Positions 49,469 to 58,820 of a DNA stretch of 64,000 bases are shown in pieces (positions within the stretch are counted from its first letter, which is position 1; every line of letters begins with the position of its first letter). The translations under genes and the position numbers were made by a program. The DNA comes from Acidobacteriota bacterium. Lineage in GTDB: Bacteria > Acidobacteriota > UBA6911 > RPQK01 > JAJDTT01. Location: NCBI GenBank assembly GCA_965209055.1, contig OZ242374.1, positions 4,128,001 through 4,192,000 of the forward strand. The letters run 5' to 3'. Under the pieces are notes generated by a model. It saw only the letters and a program-made list of their open reading frames with translations. It had not been told where the DNA came from and did no database searches.

Positions 49469-51500
49469 CGGAACTTCACTGCCCCCCAAACCCTAGCAAA
49501 TCATTGAAATAGCGCCGGTTACGGTTCGCTAGGCTCACTCTCTAACTGGATATTTGTTTCCATGTATGGGATCGGTGTGTTTGTCAGTATTATCCTGTAT
49601 CATTTGCATATCAGTGCTCATTACTGTTTCCATGTAAGAGGTCGCCTCCCCATGTCCTACCACGTCGATGTCATCCCCAACCGCAACAGTCCCCCTGCCA
49701 TCCTCTTCCGCCACGCCAAACGCGAGGGCAAACGCATCCGCCGCACCACCCTCGCCAACCTCTCCAAGCTCCCCCCGGAGATCGTCGACGGCATCCGCGC
49801 CCTGCTCAAGGGTGGTCAAGTCTTCCACCCCCTGGACGACACCCTCTCCATTCGCCGCGCCCTGCCCCACGGCCATGTCGCCGCTCTCCTCGGCCTCGCC
49901 CGCCAACTCGGTCTGACACGCCTCCTGCACCGCAACCGCAGCCGCAACCGCGACCTCGCCCTCGCCGCCATCGTCGCCCGCGTGCTGGATCCCGCTTCCA
50001 AGCTCGCCACCGCCCGGAACCTGTCTCCCCAGACCGCCACCACCAGCCTCGGCCCGCTCCTCGGCCTCGGGCCGGTCCACGGCAACGAGATGCTCGGCAT
50101 GCTCGACTGGTTGGTTCGCCGCCAGGTCTGGATCGAGAAGAGCTTGGCGCGACGGCATCTGGAGGGCCGGACCCTGCTGCTTTACGACGTCTCCTCCAGC
50201 TATCTGGAGGGACGCTCCTGTCCTCTGGCCGCGTTCGGCCATAACCGGGACGGCAAGAAAGGCAAGCCCCAGATCGTCTTCGGTCTGCTGTGCGCCGAGG
50301 ACGGCTGCCCGCTGGCCGTGGAGGTCTTCTCCGGCAACACGGGGGATCCGAAGACGGTGGCGTCGCAGGTCGAGAAGATCCAGGGGCGTTTCGGCATCGA
50401 GTCCATCGCCTTGGTCGGGGATCGGGGCATGCTCACCACGGCGCGGCTGCGCGAGGATCTCTCACCGGCCGGACTGGCCTGGATCTCGGCCTTGAGAACC
50501 GACGCCATCCGCAAGCTGATGCGGCCGTCCAAATCGGGCACTGAAGGGGATCAACCGGCTCCGTTGCGGCCGGGCGAGTTGGTTCCGGACCGGGTCGCGG
50601 AGATCCTCAGCCCGGAATTTCCCGGAGAACGCTTGCTGGTCTGCCTCAATCCCCGCTTGCGCCAGGACCGCGCCCGCAAGCGGGAGGAACTGCTCCGCGC
50701 GACCGAAAAGATCCTGGAGACAATCGCCAAGGCTGTGCGCTCCCCGAGATCGCGGCTGCGCGGCCAACAGGCGATCAACCGCCGGGTGGGCCGGGACGTG
50801 AACCGCAAGAAGGTCGCCAAGCACTTCCGGATCGAGGTGAGAGACGACGACATCCGCTGGTCCAGGAACCAGGAGAAGATCGACGCGGAGGCCCAACTGG
50901 ATGGCATCTACATCGTGCGCACCAGCCTGGCGGCCTCCGAGATCGGGGCCTCGGAGGCGGTGGAGGCGTACAAGAGTCTCTCCCGGGTGGAACGGGCGTT
51001 TCGCTCGCTCAAGACGGCGCAGCTGGCCCTGCGCCCGGTGTACGTCTACAGCGAGGCCCATGTGCGCGGGCATGTCTTTCTGTGTCTGCTGGCGTATTAC
51101 CTGGAGTGGCACCTGCGACGAGCCCTGGCGCCGCTGCTGTTCGAGGAGGAGGATCGGGCCGGGGCGCGAGCGCTGCGGAAATCCCCGGTGGAAAAAGCGC
51201 AGGTGTCCGAGCGCACGAAGGCCAAGGCCGCACGCAAACGGACCACTGACGGGCTCCCGGTGCAGAGCCTCCGGACGCTGCTGGCGAATCTCGGAACGCT
51301 CACCCTGAACCAGGTGGCTCTGCCGAACGCCCCGCAGCATCCGTTTGCGATGTTCGCCAAGCCGACGCCGGTGCAGGCGAAGGCTTTCGATTTGCTCGGC
51401 GTGGATCCGACCCGATTTGTTGCCAGTAAATGGCCAGGTTGATTTCTTCTATCTTCCTGATAGAGAAACAGTTAGACCGACTACCCGAAGTGAAGTTCCG
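49469..51500 (+). mobile_element. IS1634-family insertion sequence
   Basis: 12-bp perfect TIR CGGAACTTCACT / AGTGAAGTTCCG, flanked by direct repeat GTTAGT (49463-68 and 51501-06). Confidence 0.88.
49652..51442 (+). CDS. IS1634-family DDE transposase
   Basis: 'LYDVSSSYLEG', 'FGHNRDGK', 'VGDRGM' and 'YKSLSRVERAFR...VRGHVFLC'. Confidence 0.93.
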   Translation: MSYHVDVIPNRNSPPAILFRHAKREGKRIRRTTLANLSKLPPEIVDGIRALLKGGQVFHPLDDTLSIRRALPHGHVAALLGLARQLGLTRLLHRNRSRNRDLALAAIVARVLDPASKLATARNLSPQTATTSLGPLLGLGPVHGNEMLGMLDWLVRRQVWIEKSLARRHLEGRTLLLYDVSSSYLEGRSCPLAAFGHNRDGKKGKPQIVFGLLCAEDGCPLAVEVFSGNTGDPKTVASQVEKIQGRFGIESIALVGDRGMLTTARLREDLSPAGLAWISALRTDAIRKLMRPSKSGTEGDQPAPLRPGELVPDRVAEILSPEFPGERLLVCLNPRLRQDRARKREELLRATEKILETIAKAVRSPRSRLRGQQAINRRVGRDVNRKKVAKHFRIEVRDDDIRWSRNQEKIDAEAQLDGIYIVRTSLAASEIGASEAVEAYKSLSRVERAFRSLKTAQLALRPVYVYSEAHVRGHVFLCLLAYYLEWHLRRALAPLLFEEEDRAGARALRKSPVEKAQVSERTKAKAARKRTTDGLPVQSLRTLLANLGTLTLNQVALPNAPQHPFAMFAKPTPVQAKAFDLLGVDPTRFVASKWPG

Positions 51501-51517
51501 GTTAGTCCCCCATAGCG

Positions 51518-51628
51518 GAGGGGGACGTCAAGTCCCCCGACCCGAGAATCTTCGGCTGCTGGTTGTCGCAGGTCCTGTTCGGCGGTCAATAAGCGTATTG
51601 GGGGACTGTCGTCCCCCTACCCCCCAGT
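51518..51628. repeat. Cluster of REP-like palindromes (GGGGGAC-n-GTCCCCC)
   Basis: GGGGGACGTCAAGTCCCCC (~51520) and GGGGGACTGTCGTCCCCC (~51600); a third copy is split by the IS. Confidence 0.65.
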
Positions 51629-51653
51629 CGGCGACAAGGATGTCGCCGCTCCT

Positions 51654-52592
51654 CTACTCCGAATAGACCGGGTGGCTCAGGTAGCGTTCGCCCAGGTCGC
51701 AGACCATGGCGACGACGCGGGCGCCCCTCCCCAGCCTTCGGGCGACCTGGAGCGCGGCCCAGCAGTTGGAACCGGACGAGATACCCGCAAAGATGCCCTC
51801 TTTGCGGGCCAGGTCCCGGGTGACGAGGCGGGCGTCCTCGAAATCGACGTGGATGATCTCGTCGATGACGTTGCGATTCAGGACCGACGGGACGAATCCG
51901 GCTCCGATCCCCTGGATCTCGTGGGGACCCGGTTCGCCTCCCGCCAGCACGGGGGAGTCCGCCGGCTCGACGGCGACGATCAGGACGTTTCCCAATTCCT
52001 TTTTCAGGATCTCGCCCACTCCCGTGATGGTGCCTCCCGTTCCCACGCCCGCTACGAACGCATCCAACCTCCCGTCCGTCGCCTCCAGGATCTCCAGGGC
52101 CGTGGTGTGACGGTGAACCCGGGGATTGGCCGGGTTGTTGAACTGTTGCGGCATGTAGGCATCGGGGAGCCGGCTCACCAGTTCTTCCGCCTTGTCAATG
52201 GCGGCGGTCATCCCCCGGACCTCGGGGGTCAGGACCAGTTCGGCGCCCATGGCCTGAAGGACCCGTCTGCGTTCCATGGACATGGTGTCGGGCATGGTCA
52301 GGATCAACCGGTACCCCATGACGGCCGAGGCCATGGCCAGGCCGATCCCCGTGTTGCCGCTGGTGGGTTCGACGATGACGGTCTTTCCCGGTTGGATCCT
52401 GCCTTCGTCCTGGGCCTGCTTCAGCATGGCGTAGGCGATCCTGTCCTTGACGCTGAAGGAGGGATTCAGGGATTCCAGCTTCAACAGGACCTCGGCGGAT
52501 CCGGGACGAGTCAGGCGCTGGACCCGCACCAGCGGCGTGTTGCCGATCAGTTCGAGGATGTTGTCTGCCAGCAGGGGGCGGTGACGGGGCAT
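51654..52592 (-). CDS. cysK: Cysteine synthase A
   Basis: 'SVKDR', 'EPTSGNTG', 'GVGTGGT' and 'HEIQGIG'. Confidence 0.95.
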   Translation of the reverse strand: MPRHRPLLADNILELIGNTPLVRVQRLTRPGSAEVLLKLESLNPSFSVKDRIAYAMLKQAQDEGRIQPGKTVIVEPTSGNTGIGLAMASAVMGYRLILTMPDTMSMERRRVLQAMGAELVLTPEVRGMTAAIDKAEELVSRLPDAYMPQQFNNPANPRVHRHTTALEILEATDGRLDAFVAGVGTGGTITGVGEILKKELGNVLIVAVEPADSPVLAGGEPGPHEIQGIGAGFVPSVLNRNVIDEIIHVDFEDARLVTRDLARKEGIFAGISSGSNCWAALQVARRLGRGARVVAMVCDLGERYLSHPVYSE

Positions 52593-52631
52593 GGGTAAAG
52601 TTGGATGACGGCCAACCGGCCAGCCCCGGGT

Positions 52632-54056
52632 TCAGGCCAGGATTTCGTGGACCACGCGGCCGTGGACGTCGGTCAGACTCTCGTCGCGGCCCCCGAATCG
52701 ATAGACCAGGCGCTCATGGTCCAGCCCCAGCAGATGCAGGATGGTGGCGTGCAGGTCGTGGACGGTGGTCTTGTTTTCCACCACGGTCTTGCCGATATCA
52801 TCGGTCCGGCCATACACGGTCCCCCCCTTGACTCCACCGCCGGCCATCCAGATGGTGAAGGCCGTCTCCAGATGGTCGCGTCCGTCTCCGTTGGTTCCGG
52901 TGTCCACCGTGCGGCCGAACTCGGTGCCCCAGATGACCAGCGTCTCATCCAACATTCCTCTGGACTTGAGGTCCTTGATCAGGGCGGCCACCGACTGATC
53001 CGCCACCAGGGCGTTCCCCTCATGTCCTTTCTTCAGGTTGGTGTGCTGGTCCCACGTGCCGTTGGTGGCGCCGAAAAGGACGGGCGGCGTCACCTCCACG
53101 AAACGGACGCCCGACTCGATCAGCCGCCGCGCCCGGAGGCATTGCAGGGCATAGTTCCGCTGGTCCTTGTTGGAGGTGTCCAGGCCGTAGAGCCGCTTGG
53201 TAGCTTCCGTTTCGCGAGACAGGTCCAGCACATCGGGGACGAGGGACTGCATCCGGTAGGCCATTTCGTAGTTTCGGATGGCCGACTCGACGGCGTCGTT
53301 TCTGCCGGCCTCGGCCAGAAAATCCCGATCCTGGTCCAGCAACACCGACAACTTGGTGTTCTGGATGGCGCCCTCGTCGGCGGGGACCAGGTTCTCGATG
53401 GGTGTCCCCTCCGCCTTTACAGGCAACGCCTGGTGGGTTGCGGGGAGGAAGCCGTTGGAGAAGTTCTCCAATCCTCCCGGCGGGATCGACGTGGCTTCAG
53501 GGTGGAGAAGGACGTATCCGGGCAGGTTCTTGTTCTCGCTCCCCAGCGCGTAGGTGATCCAGGATCCCAGACTCGGGTAACCGCCGACGTTGCGGCCGGT
53601 GTGGAAAAGGATGTTGCCGCGCGGGTGCAGCGGGAAGTTGGAGACCATGGAGCGAACAATGGCCAGATCATCCACGCAGGTGGCGAGGTGAGGAAAGAGC
53701 TCACTCACGGGGATCCCCGATTTCCCGTATTTCCTGAAGGTCCAGTGACAACCCTGATAGGTCCGGATCCCGTCGCCGGAGGGCTTGCCGTGCAACTCGT
53801 TCAGCTTGGGTTTGGGATCGAAGGTGTCCATCTGCGAGACACCGCCGGGCATGAAACAGAGGATGACGTTCTTGACCTTGGGCTCGAAATGGGTCGGTGG
53901 AGTCGGGACCAGACCAGCGTAGCCGTCTTCAGCCATGAGAGCGGACAGGGCGGTCAGTCCGAACCCGTTGGCGCTCAACGACAGCATCTGGCGCCGTGTC
54001 AGCGGAGCGCCGAGGCAACCCGGACAAAGGCCTTGTTCCTTGTTTTGCTGGGTCAT
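52632..54056 (-). CDS. DUF1501 domain protein (Tat signal)
   Basis: 'TRRQML', 'GGVSQMDTFDPKP', 'WDQH', 'EFGRT' and 'GRDH'. Confidence 0.9.
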   Translation of the reverse strand: MTQQNKEQGLCPGCLGAPLTRRQMLSLSANGFGLTALSALMAEDGYAGLVPTPPTHFEPKVKNVILCFMPGGVSQMDTFDPKPKLNELHGKPSGDGIRTYQGCHWTFRKYGKSGIPVSELFPHLATCVDDLAIVRSMVSNFPLHPRGNILFHTGRNVGGYPSLGSWITYALGSENKNLPGYVLLHPEATSIPPGGLENFSNGFLPATHQALPVKAEGTPIENLVPADEGAIQNTKLSVLLDQDRDFLAEAGRNDAVESAIRNYEMAYRMQSLVPDVLDLSRETEATKRLYGLDTSNKDQRNYALQCLRARRLIESGVRFVEVTPPVLFGATNGTWDQHTNLKKGHEGNALVADQSVAALIKDLKSRGMLDETLVIWGTEFGRTVDTGTNGDGRDHLETAFTIWMAGGGVKGGTVYGRTDDIGKTVVENKTTVHDLHATILHLLGLDHERLVYRFGGRDESLTDVHGRVVHEILA

Positions 54057-54060
54057 GGCA

Positions 54061-57000
54061 TTACCTCAGGTAGATGAACTCTTTCGTGTTGAAGAGACTG
54101 TGGGCCACGTCCTTCCAAATCACTTTGCTGGCCAGGATATGCTCTTGCGGAACCTGATACAAGCGTCCCAGCTTCCGGGCCAGCTCTCCGAAACGGGCCA
54201 CCTCTTCGGCACTCGGGGGCCGGGAGAACGCCTTGACAAACATTCGTTCCAAGCGTTCCTCCAGCGTCCCCCCTTCGTGTTCCAGAAGCCTGTCGGCCCA
54301 AAAATCCGCCTGTTGGATCACAAAGGGATCATTGAGCATGGCGAGAGCCTGGGAGGGCACGTTCGTCACGTCCCGACGCCCTCTGGAGACGGAGGGGACG
54401 GGAAAATCGAAGAGTTCCAGAAACCGGGGGCCCTCCATGCGGGTGACCCGCAGGTAAACGCTCCGGCGCCCGTGCCCGTCCAGTGGACCGGCGTGGAGCT
54501 TCCGGTACTCCTTCGTCTTCAGCCGATAGGGTTCGATGCTGGGACCGTAGCGCAAGGGATCGAAACGGCCCGAAGTGGCCAGAATAGAGTCACGTATGGC
54601 CTCGGCCTCAAGGCGCCGGACCGGGTAATGGTGCAGAAGCCGGTTCTCAGGGTCGATCCGCGGGGCTGCCTCGGACGCCCGGCTCGACTGTTGGAAAGCC
54701 TGGGTAAGGACCAGCCGCCGGACCAGCCGTTTCAGGGACCAACCGTCGGCGATGAACCGGTTCGCCAGATGGTCGAGTAGCTGGGCGTGGGAGGGACGCT
54801 CCCCGAAGTTGCCGAAGTCGTTGATTGTGGCTACCAGGCCTCGTCCGAAAAGGTAGTTCCAGACCCGGTTGACCATGACCCGTGCGGTGAGGGGGTTCCG
54901 GGGAGAGGCAATGAGACCCGCCAGCTCCTGCCGGCCGCTTCCGTTGGATTCGAGGGTCCGTCCCCCGGTGAGCGCGGTCAGGTAGCGGCGCGGTACGGGG
55001 TCCCCCGGATTCTCGGCGTCACCGCTTTTCAGCAGGGAATAGTCCCGCCCCGAACCCATGTCCAGCAACGAGTTGATGGTCTGGGGTTGAGAAATGCCGG
55101 ATTCGATGCCTCGGTACTCGGCAATCAATTGCGAGAGTCTGGGAGTGAGGTTGATGGAATTGTCCACCAGGTGGTTCGTTGCCAGCCAATGAATCCAGCG
55201 GACGTCGTTCTCGCTGGGGGCTCCCTGGGCCCACGCTTCAAGGGCCTGGCGGCTTCGCTCGGAATAGCGCCGGGCGGCTTCCAGGGGTTTCCGGGGAGCC
55301 GGATCTCGAAACAAGGGCAGCAAGTGGGACAGGTCTTTGTGGGGAGGTTCCTCCACGTCGTGGAGCATCGCCCGGGCAATGCCGAAATAGGATCCGGGCG
55401 CCGCCATCTTCTCCTCGGTGAATCCCTTGATTCTCTTTGGCCGGTCCGGGAGCCGGGGATTGCTGGTCTTGGTGACCAGCTCGACGTAGACGGGAAACCG
55501 CTCTTTGTCCTGAAGAGTCGAGATCTTCTGCCAGTTCAAGTCTGTGCTGTCGAAGACTTCGACGCCCTCGCCCAGCATGCAGTTGTCCACCACCGCCCGG
55601 CGCCCTCCCAGCATTCCACCCATGACCTGGAGACTGAGGAACTTCCTCTCCTTGGTCAGGTAGGGGGAGCGGAGCGCTCCGTTGAGCCGTTCCGATAGGG
55701 TATGCGTGTAGATTCCCGCCGGATAGACGCCGGAGACCGCCTCCGGTCCTTCCGGGGCCACGACGAATTCTCCGTTCTCCGATCGGCCTTCGAGCAATCC
55801 CACCCCCTCGGGGTACCAGTCGCTCAGAGACAGGGAAGTGAAGTTCTCCGTGTTATAGGCCTGGCGGTCGCGGATCTCTTTCAAGTGCTTCGGCGCAACC
55901 TTTTGCCACAGTGCCTGAAACCGTTCCGGCGCCAGCCCCCCTTCGCACGTGACCGTCGACCAGGGATAGAGAAAGCTTTCCGGATCGACGCTCTCCTTCT
56001 GGAGCGCCTGGATCCATCTTTCCAGGCGTTGGGGCTGGAGATCCGGGCCGGCATCCGCCGACTTCAGATCGACCGGGGCCTGTGCCGCCAGGAGATAGGC
56101 CGGAATCTCCTCGACCTGCTTCAACCAGGCCTCAGCCAGCTCCGAGCGAATCTGCGGCTTCAGGGCCCGCAGGCGCTGCATCAACGGAGACTGGGAACCA
56201 CCCGTGTCCAGCGTGCTGGTGACCGGACGGGCACTGTTCAGGATCCCGTACAGTGCGTAGTAGTCTTCGATGGGAATGGGATCCAGCTTGTGGTCGTGAC
56301 AGCGCGCGCAGGCCACGGAGAGTCCCTGGAAGGCCCGGGTGAGGGTGTCGATCTGGTCGTCCACGACATCGGTGCGTATTTCGCGGAACTCGATGCAGTC
56401 GTCGTGCCCCATTTCACCCATGAGGAGGAATGCCGAACCGGTGGCGGATTCGTTGATTCCCAGCGGGACGTTGATCCGGGGGTCTTCCAGCAGGTCGCCG
56501 GCGACATGTTCCCTTACCAGTTGATCGTAGGGGACGTCCTGGTTGAAGGCGCGGATCAGGTAGTCGCGGTAGCGCCAGGCGCCCTTGACGATGTAGTTCC
56601 ACTCGTATCCGTAGGTCTCGGCGAAACGCACCACGTCCATCCAGTGACGCGCCCAATGTTCCCCGAAGTGGGGAGAATCCAGGAGACGGTCCACGAAGTT
56701 GGCGTAGGCCTGCCCGGACCGGTCCCGGAGCAGCTCTTCCACGCTGGCCGGATCCGGCGGCAGTCCCACGACCGAGAAACTGAGGCGCCGGGCCAGGGTA
56801 CGGAGATCGGCCCGCTCCGCCGGCTCCAGTCCCTCCTTGCGGAGCGCCGCCAGCAGAAAGCGATCGACCGGTGTTCCGGACCAGCTCTGATGATCCACCT
56901 GCGGAGGTTCGGGATCGGCAACCGGCTGGAAGGCCCAGTGCTCCCGGGTCAGGCGGGCGTAAAAATCGGGTTCGTTGGTCACGTCGGGAACCGCGGGCCA

Positions 57001-57561
57001 CGGGGCTCCCATCCGGACCCAGCTCTCCAAGTGATCGATCTCGGCGTCGGCGAGCATGCGGCCCAGGGGCATCTTCAGGTCCTGATGCCGGACGGCCTGG
57101 ATGATCAGGCTCCGGTCCGGATCACCGGGAACCAGAGCGGACCCTCGAAGACCACCCTTCATGAGGGCTTCGCGGGAATCGACTCTGAGTGAGGAGAGCT
57201 GCTGATTGCCGCCATGGCAGGAGTAGCAGTTTTCGACCAAGAGAGGACGGACCTTGGTTTCGAAGAACTCCATGGCCTCGCGGTCGCCTTTGGCGCCGGA
57301 TGGCGCCGGCACAAGGGAGCGGCCATTGGCGAGGACCAGGAACGGCAGCAGAAACAGAATCGCCAAGAGGCGGAGCCTGAGGTTTGGAATCGCGATGGTA
57401 CAGGGAATCAGCACGTTTCGTACCCGCGCCCAAACGATAGCATATCTTTCTGTCTTCGACGCACTTTGCCGGCGTTGGATCAACAACTTGCACGAGATCC
57501 CGGCAGCGCCGGTTTGCGCTGCCGCCGGTGTTCGGATAGGGTCTCGATGCTGTGTAGTCAA
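54061..57561 (-). CDS. Planctomycete cytochrome c / DUF1549-DUF1553 (PSCyt1/PSCyt2/PSD1) protein
   Basis: CYSCH, CARCHDH, 'GEHWARHWMD' and 'NPLTARVMVNRVW'; true start probably ~57400. Confidence 0.9.
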   Translation of the reverse strand: MTTQHRDPIRTPAAAQTGAAGISCKLLIQRRQSASKTERYAIVWARVRNVLIPCTIAIPNLRLRLLAILFLLPFLVLANGRSLVPAPSGAKGDREAMEFFETKVRPLLVENCYSCHGGNQQLSSLRVDSREALMKGGLRGSALVPGDPDRSLIIQAVRHQDLKMPLGRMLADAEIDHLESWVRMGAPWPAVPDVTNEPDFYARLTREHWAFQPVADPEPPQVDHQSWSGTPVDRFLLAALRKEGLEPAERADLRTLARRLSFSVVGLPPDPASVEELLRDRSGQAYANFVDRLLDSPHFGEHWARHWMDVVRFAETYGYEWNYIVKGAWRYRDYLIRAFNQDVPYDQLVREHVAGDLLEDPRINVPLGINESATGSAFLLMGEMGHDDCIEFREIRTDVVDDQIDTLTRAFQGLSVACARCHDHKLDPIPIEDYYALYGILNSARPVTSTLDTGGSQSPLMQRLRALKPQIRSELAEAWLKQVEEIPAYLLAAQAPVDLKSADAGPDLQPQRLERWIQALQKESVDPESFLYPWSTVTCEGGLAPERFQALWQKVAPKHLKEIRDRQAYNTENFTSLSLSDWYPEGVGLLEGRSENGEFVVAPEGPEAVSGVYPAGIYTHTLSERLNGALRSPYLTKERKFLSLQVMGGMLGGRRAVVDNCMLGEGVEVFDSTDLNWQKISTLQDKERFPVYVELVTKTSNPRLPDRPKRIKGFTEEKMAAPGSYFGIARAMLHDVEEPPHKDLSHLLPLFRDPAPRKPLEAARRYSERSRQALEAWAQGAPSENDVRWIHWLATNHLVDNSINLTPRLSQLIAEYRGIESGISQPQTINSLLDMGSGRDYSLLKSGDAENPGDPVPRRYLTALTGGRTLESNGSGRQELAGLIASPRNPLTARVMVNRVWNYLFGRGLVATINDFGNFGERPSHAQLLDHLANRFIADGWSLKRLVRRLVLTQAFQQSSRASEAAPRIDPENRLLHHYPVRRLEAEAIRDSILATSGRFDPLRYGPSIEPYRLKTKEYRKLHAGPLDGHGRRSVYLRVTRMEGPRFLELFDFPVPSVSRGRRDVTNVPSQALAMLNDPFVIQQADFWADRLLEHEGGTLEERLERMFVKAFSRPPSAEEVARFGELARKLGRLYQVPQEHILASKVIWKDVAHSLFNTKEFIYLR

Positions 57562-57605
57562 ACCCTATGGGAACGGCTTTTTCGCGGACTCGCGGGGAGG
57601 GAAAG

Positions 57606-58808
57606 ATGGATGCCATCAAGAGCGGATCCTGCTCGGTGGTCGCGGGTGTTGTCTCTCTGATGGTCCTTGCCGGGACCCTCTCCTGTGGCCCGCCTCCCGA
57701 CGAATCGAAGGAAACCATGGAGCCCGAACGCCTTTTTTCCCCGAGCTTGTCTTCCGCCGACTTCGGGACCACTCCCGACGGCGAGAGCGTCCGGATCTAC
57801 ACCTTGACGAATTCCGCCGGCATCGAAGTCCGGATCATCACTTACGGCGGCATCATCGTCTCCCTCCGAACCCCCGACCGGGACGGCAACTTCGACGACA
57901 TCGTCCTGGGATTCGACTCATTGGAAGGCTATCTCGCCAAGCACCCATACTTCGGCACCTTGGTGGGACGCTACGCCAACCGCATTTCCAACGGCCGATT
58001 CACGCTGGACGGAGTCGAGTACGAATTGGCCCGAAACAACGGGGACAACCACATCCACGGCGGCATCAAGGGATTCGACAAGGTGGTCTGGCGGGACCGG
58101 CCGGTCGAGGACGAAAACGGTGTCGGCATCGTCCTCGAGTACACCAGCGCGGACGGCGAGGAAGGGTACCCCGGCAAGCTGGACGTCCAGGTGACCTATA
58201 CGCTGACCGACGACAACGAACTGATCTGCGACTATCGCGCCACCACGGACCGGGCCACGCCCATCAACCTGACCCAGCACTCCTACTTCAACCTGGCGGG
58301 CCAGGGAACGGGGAACGTGCTACGGCACATCCTGGAGTTGAACGCCGCGGCATTCACTCCCAACGATGCCGAACTCATCCCCACGGGCGAGATCCGGCCG
58401 GTGGAAGGCACCCCTTTCGACTTCAGGGCCGAGATGCCCATCGGAGCGCGAATCAATTCTCCCCATGAGCAGATCCAAATCGGGGGCGGGTACGATCACA
58501 ATTTCGTCTTGAACCAGGAGGACGAGGGTCCGTCGCCGGCGGCAAGAGTCAGGGAACCGATGACGGGACGCGTGATGGAAGTGCACACGACCGAGCCCGG
58601 CGTCCAGCTCTATACCGGCAACTTCCTGGACGGGACGCTGACCGGCAAGGGTGGACGCGTTTACGAGCGCCGCTCCGGCTTCTGCCTGGAAACCCAGCAC
58701 TATCCGGATTCACCCAACCGGCCCGAGTTTCCCTCCACGATCCTGAGACCGGGTGAGATCTACGAGTCCCGGACCATGTTCAAGTTTCCCGACGTCCGGG
58801 GAACCTGA
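57606..58808 (+). CDS. galM: Aldose 1-epimerase (galactose mutarotase), predicted lipoprotein
   Basis: 'GRYANRI', 'HIHGG', 'NLTQHSYFNL' and 'CLETQ'; lipobox-like 'TLSC'. Confidence 0.92.
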   Translation: MDAIKSGSCSVVAGVVSLMVLAGTLSCGPPPDESKETMEPERLFSPSLSSADFGTTPDGESVRIYTLTNSAGIEVRIITYGGIIVSLRTPDRDGNFDDIVLGFDSLEGYLAKHPYFGTLVGRYANRISNGRFTLDGVEYELARNNGDNHIHGGIKGFDKVVWRDRPVEDENGVGIVLEYTSADGEEGYPGKLDVQVTYTLTDDNELICDYRATTDRATPINLTQHSYFNLAGQGTGNVLRHILELNAAAFTPNDAELIPTGEIRPVEGTPFDFRAEMPIGARINSPHEQIQIGGGYDHNFVLNQEDEGPSPAARVREPMTGRVMEVHTTEPGVQLYTGNFLDGTLTGKGGRVYERRSGFCLETQHYPDSPNRPEFPSTILRPGEIYESRTMFKFPDVRGT

Positions 58809-58820
58809 GGCGTCGCGGGC

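Noticed and set aside
49448-51628. CRISPR array
   Set aside because: The repeats are short palindromes with irregular spacing and there are no cas genes; no array seen anywhere in the window
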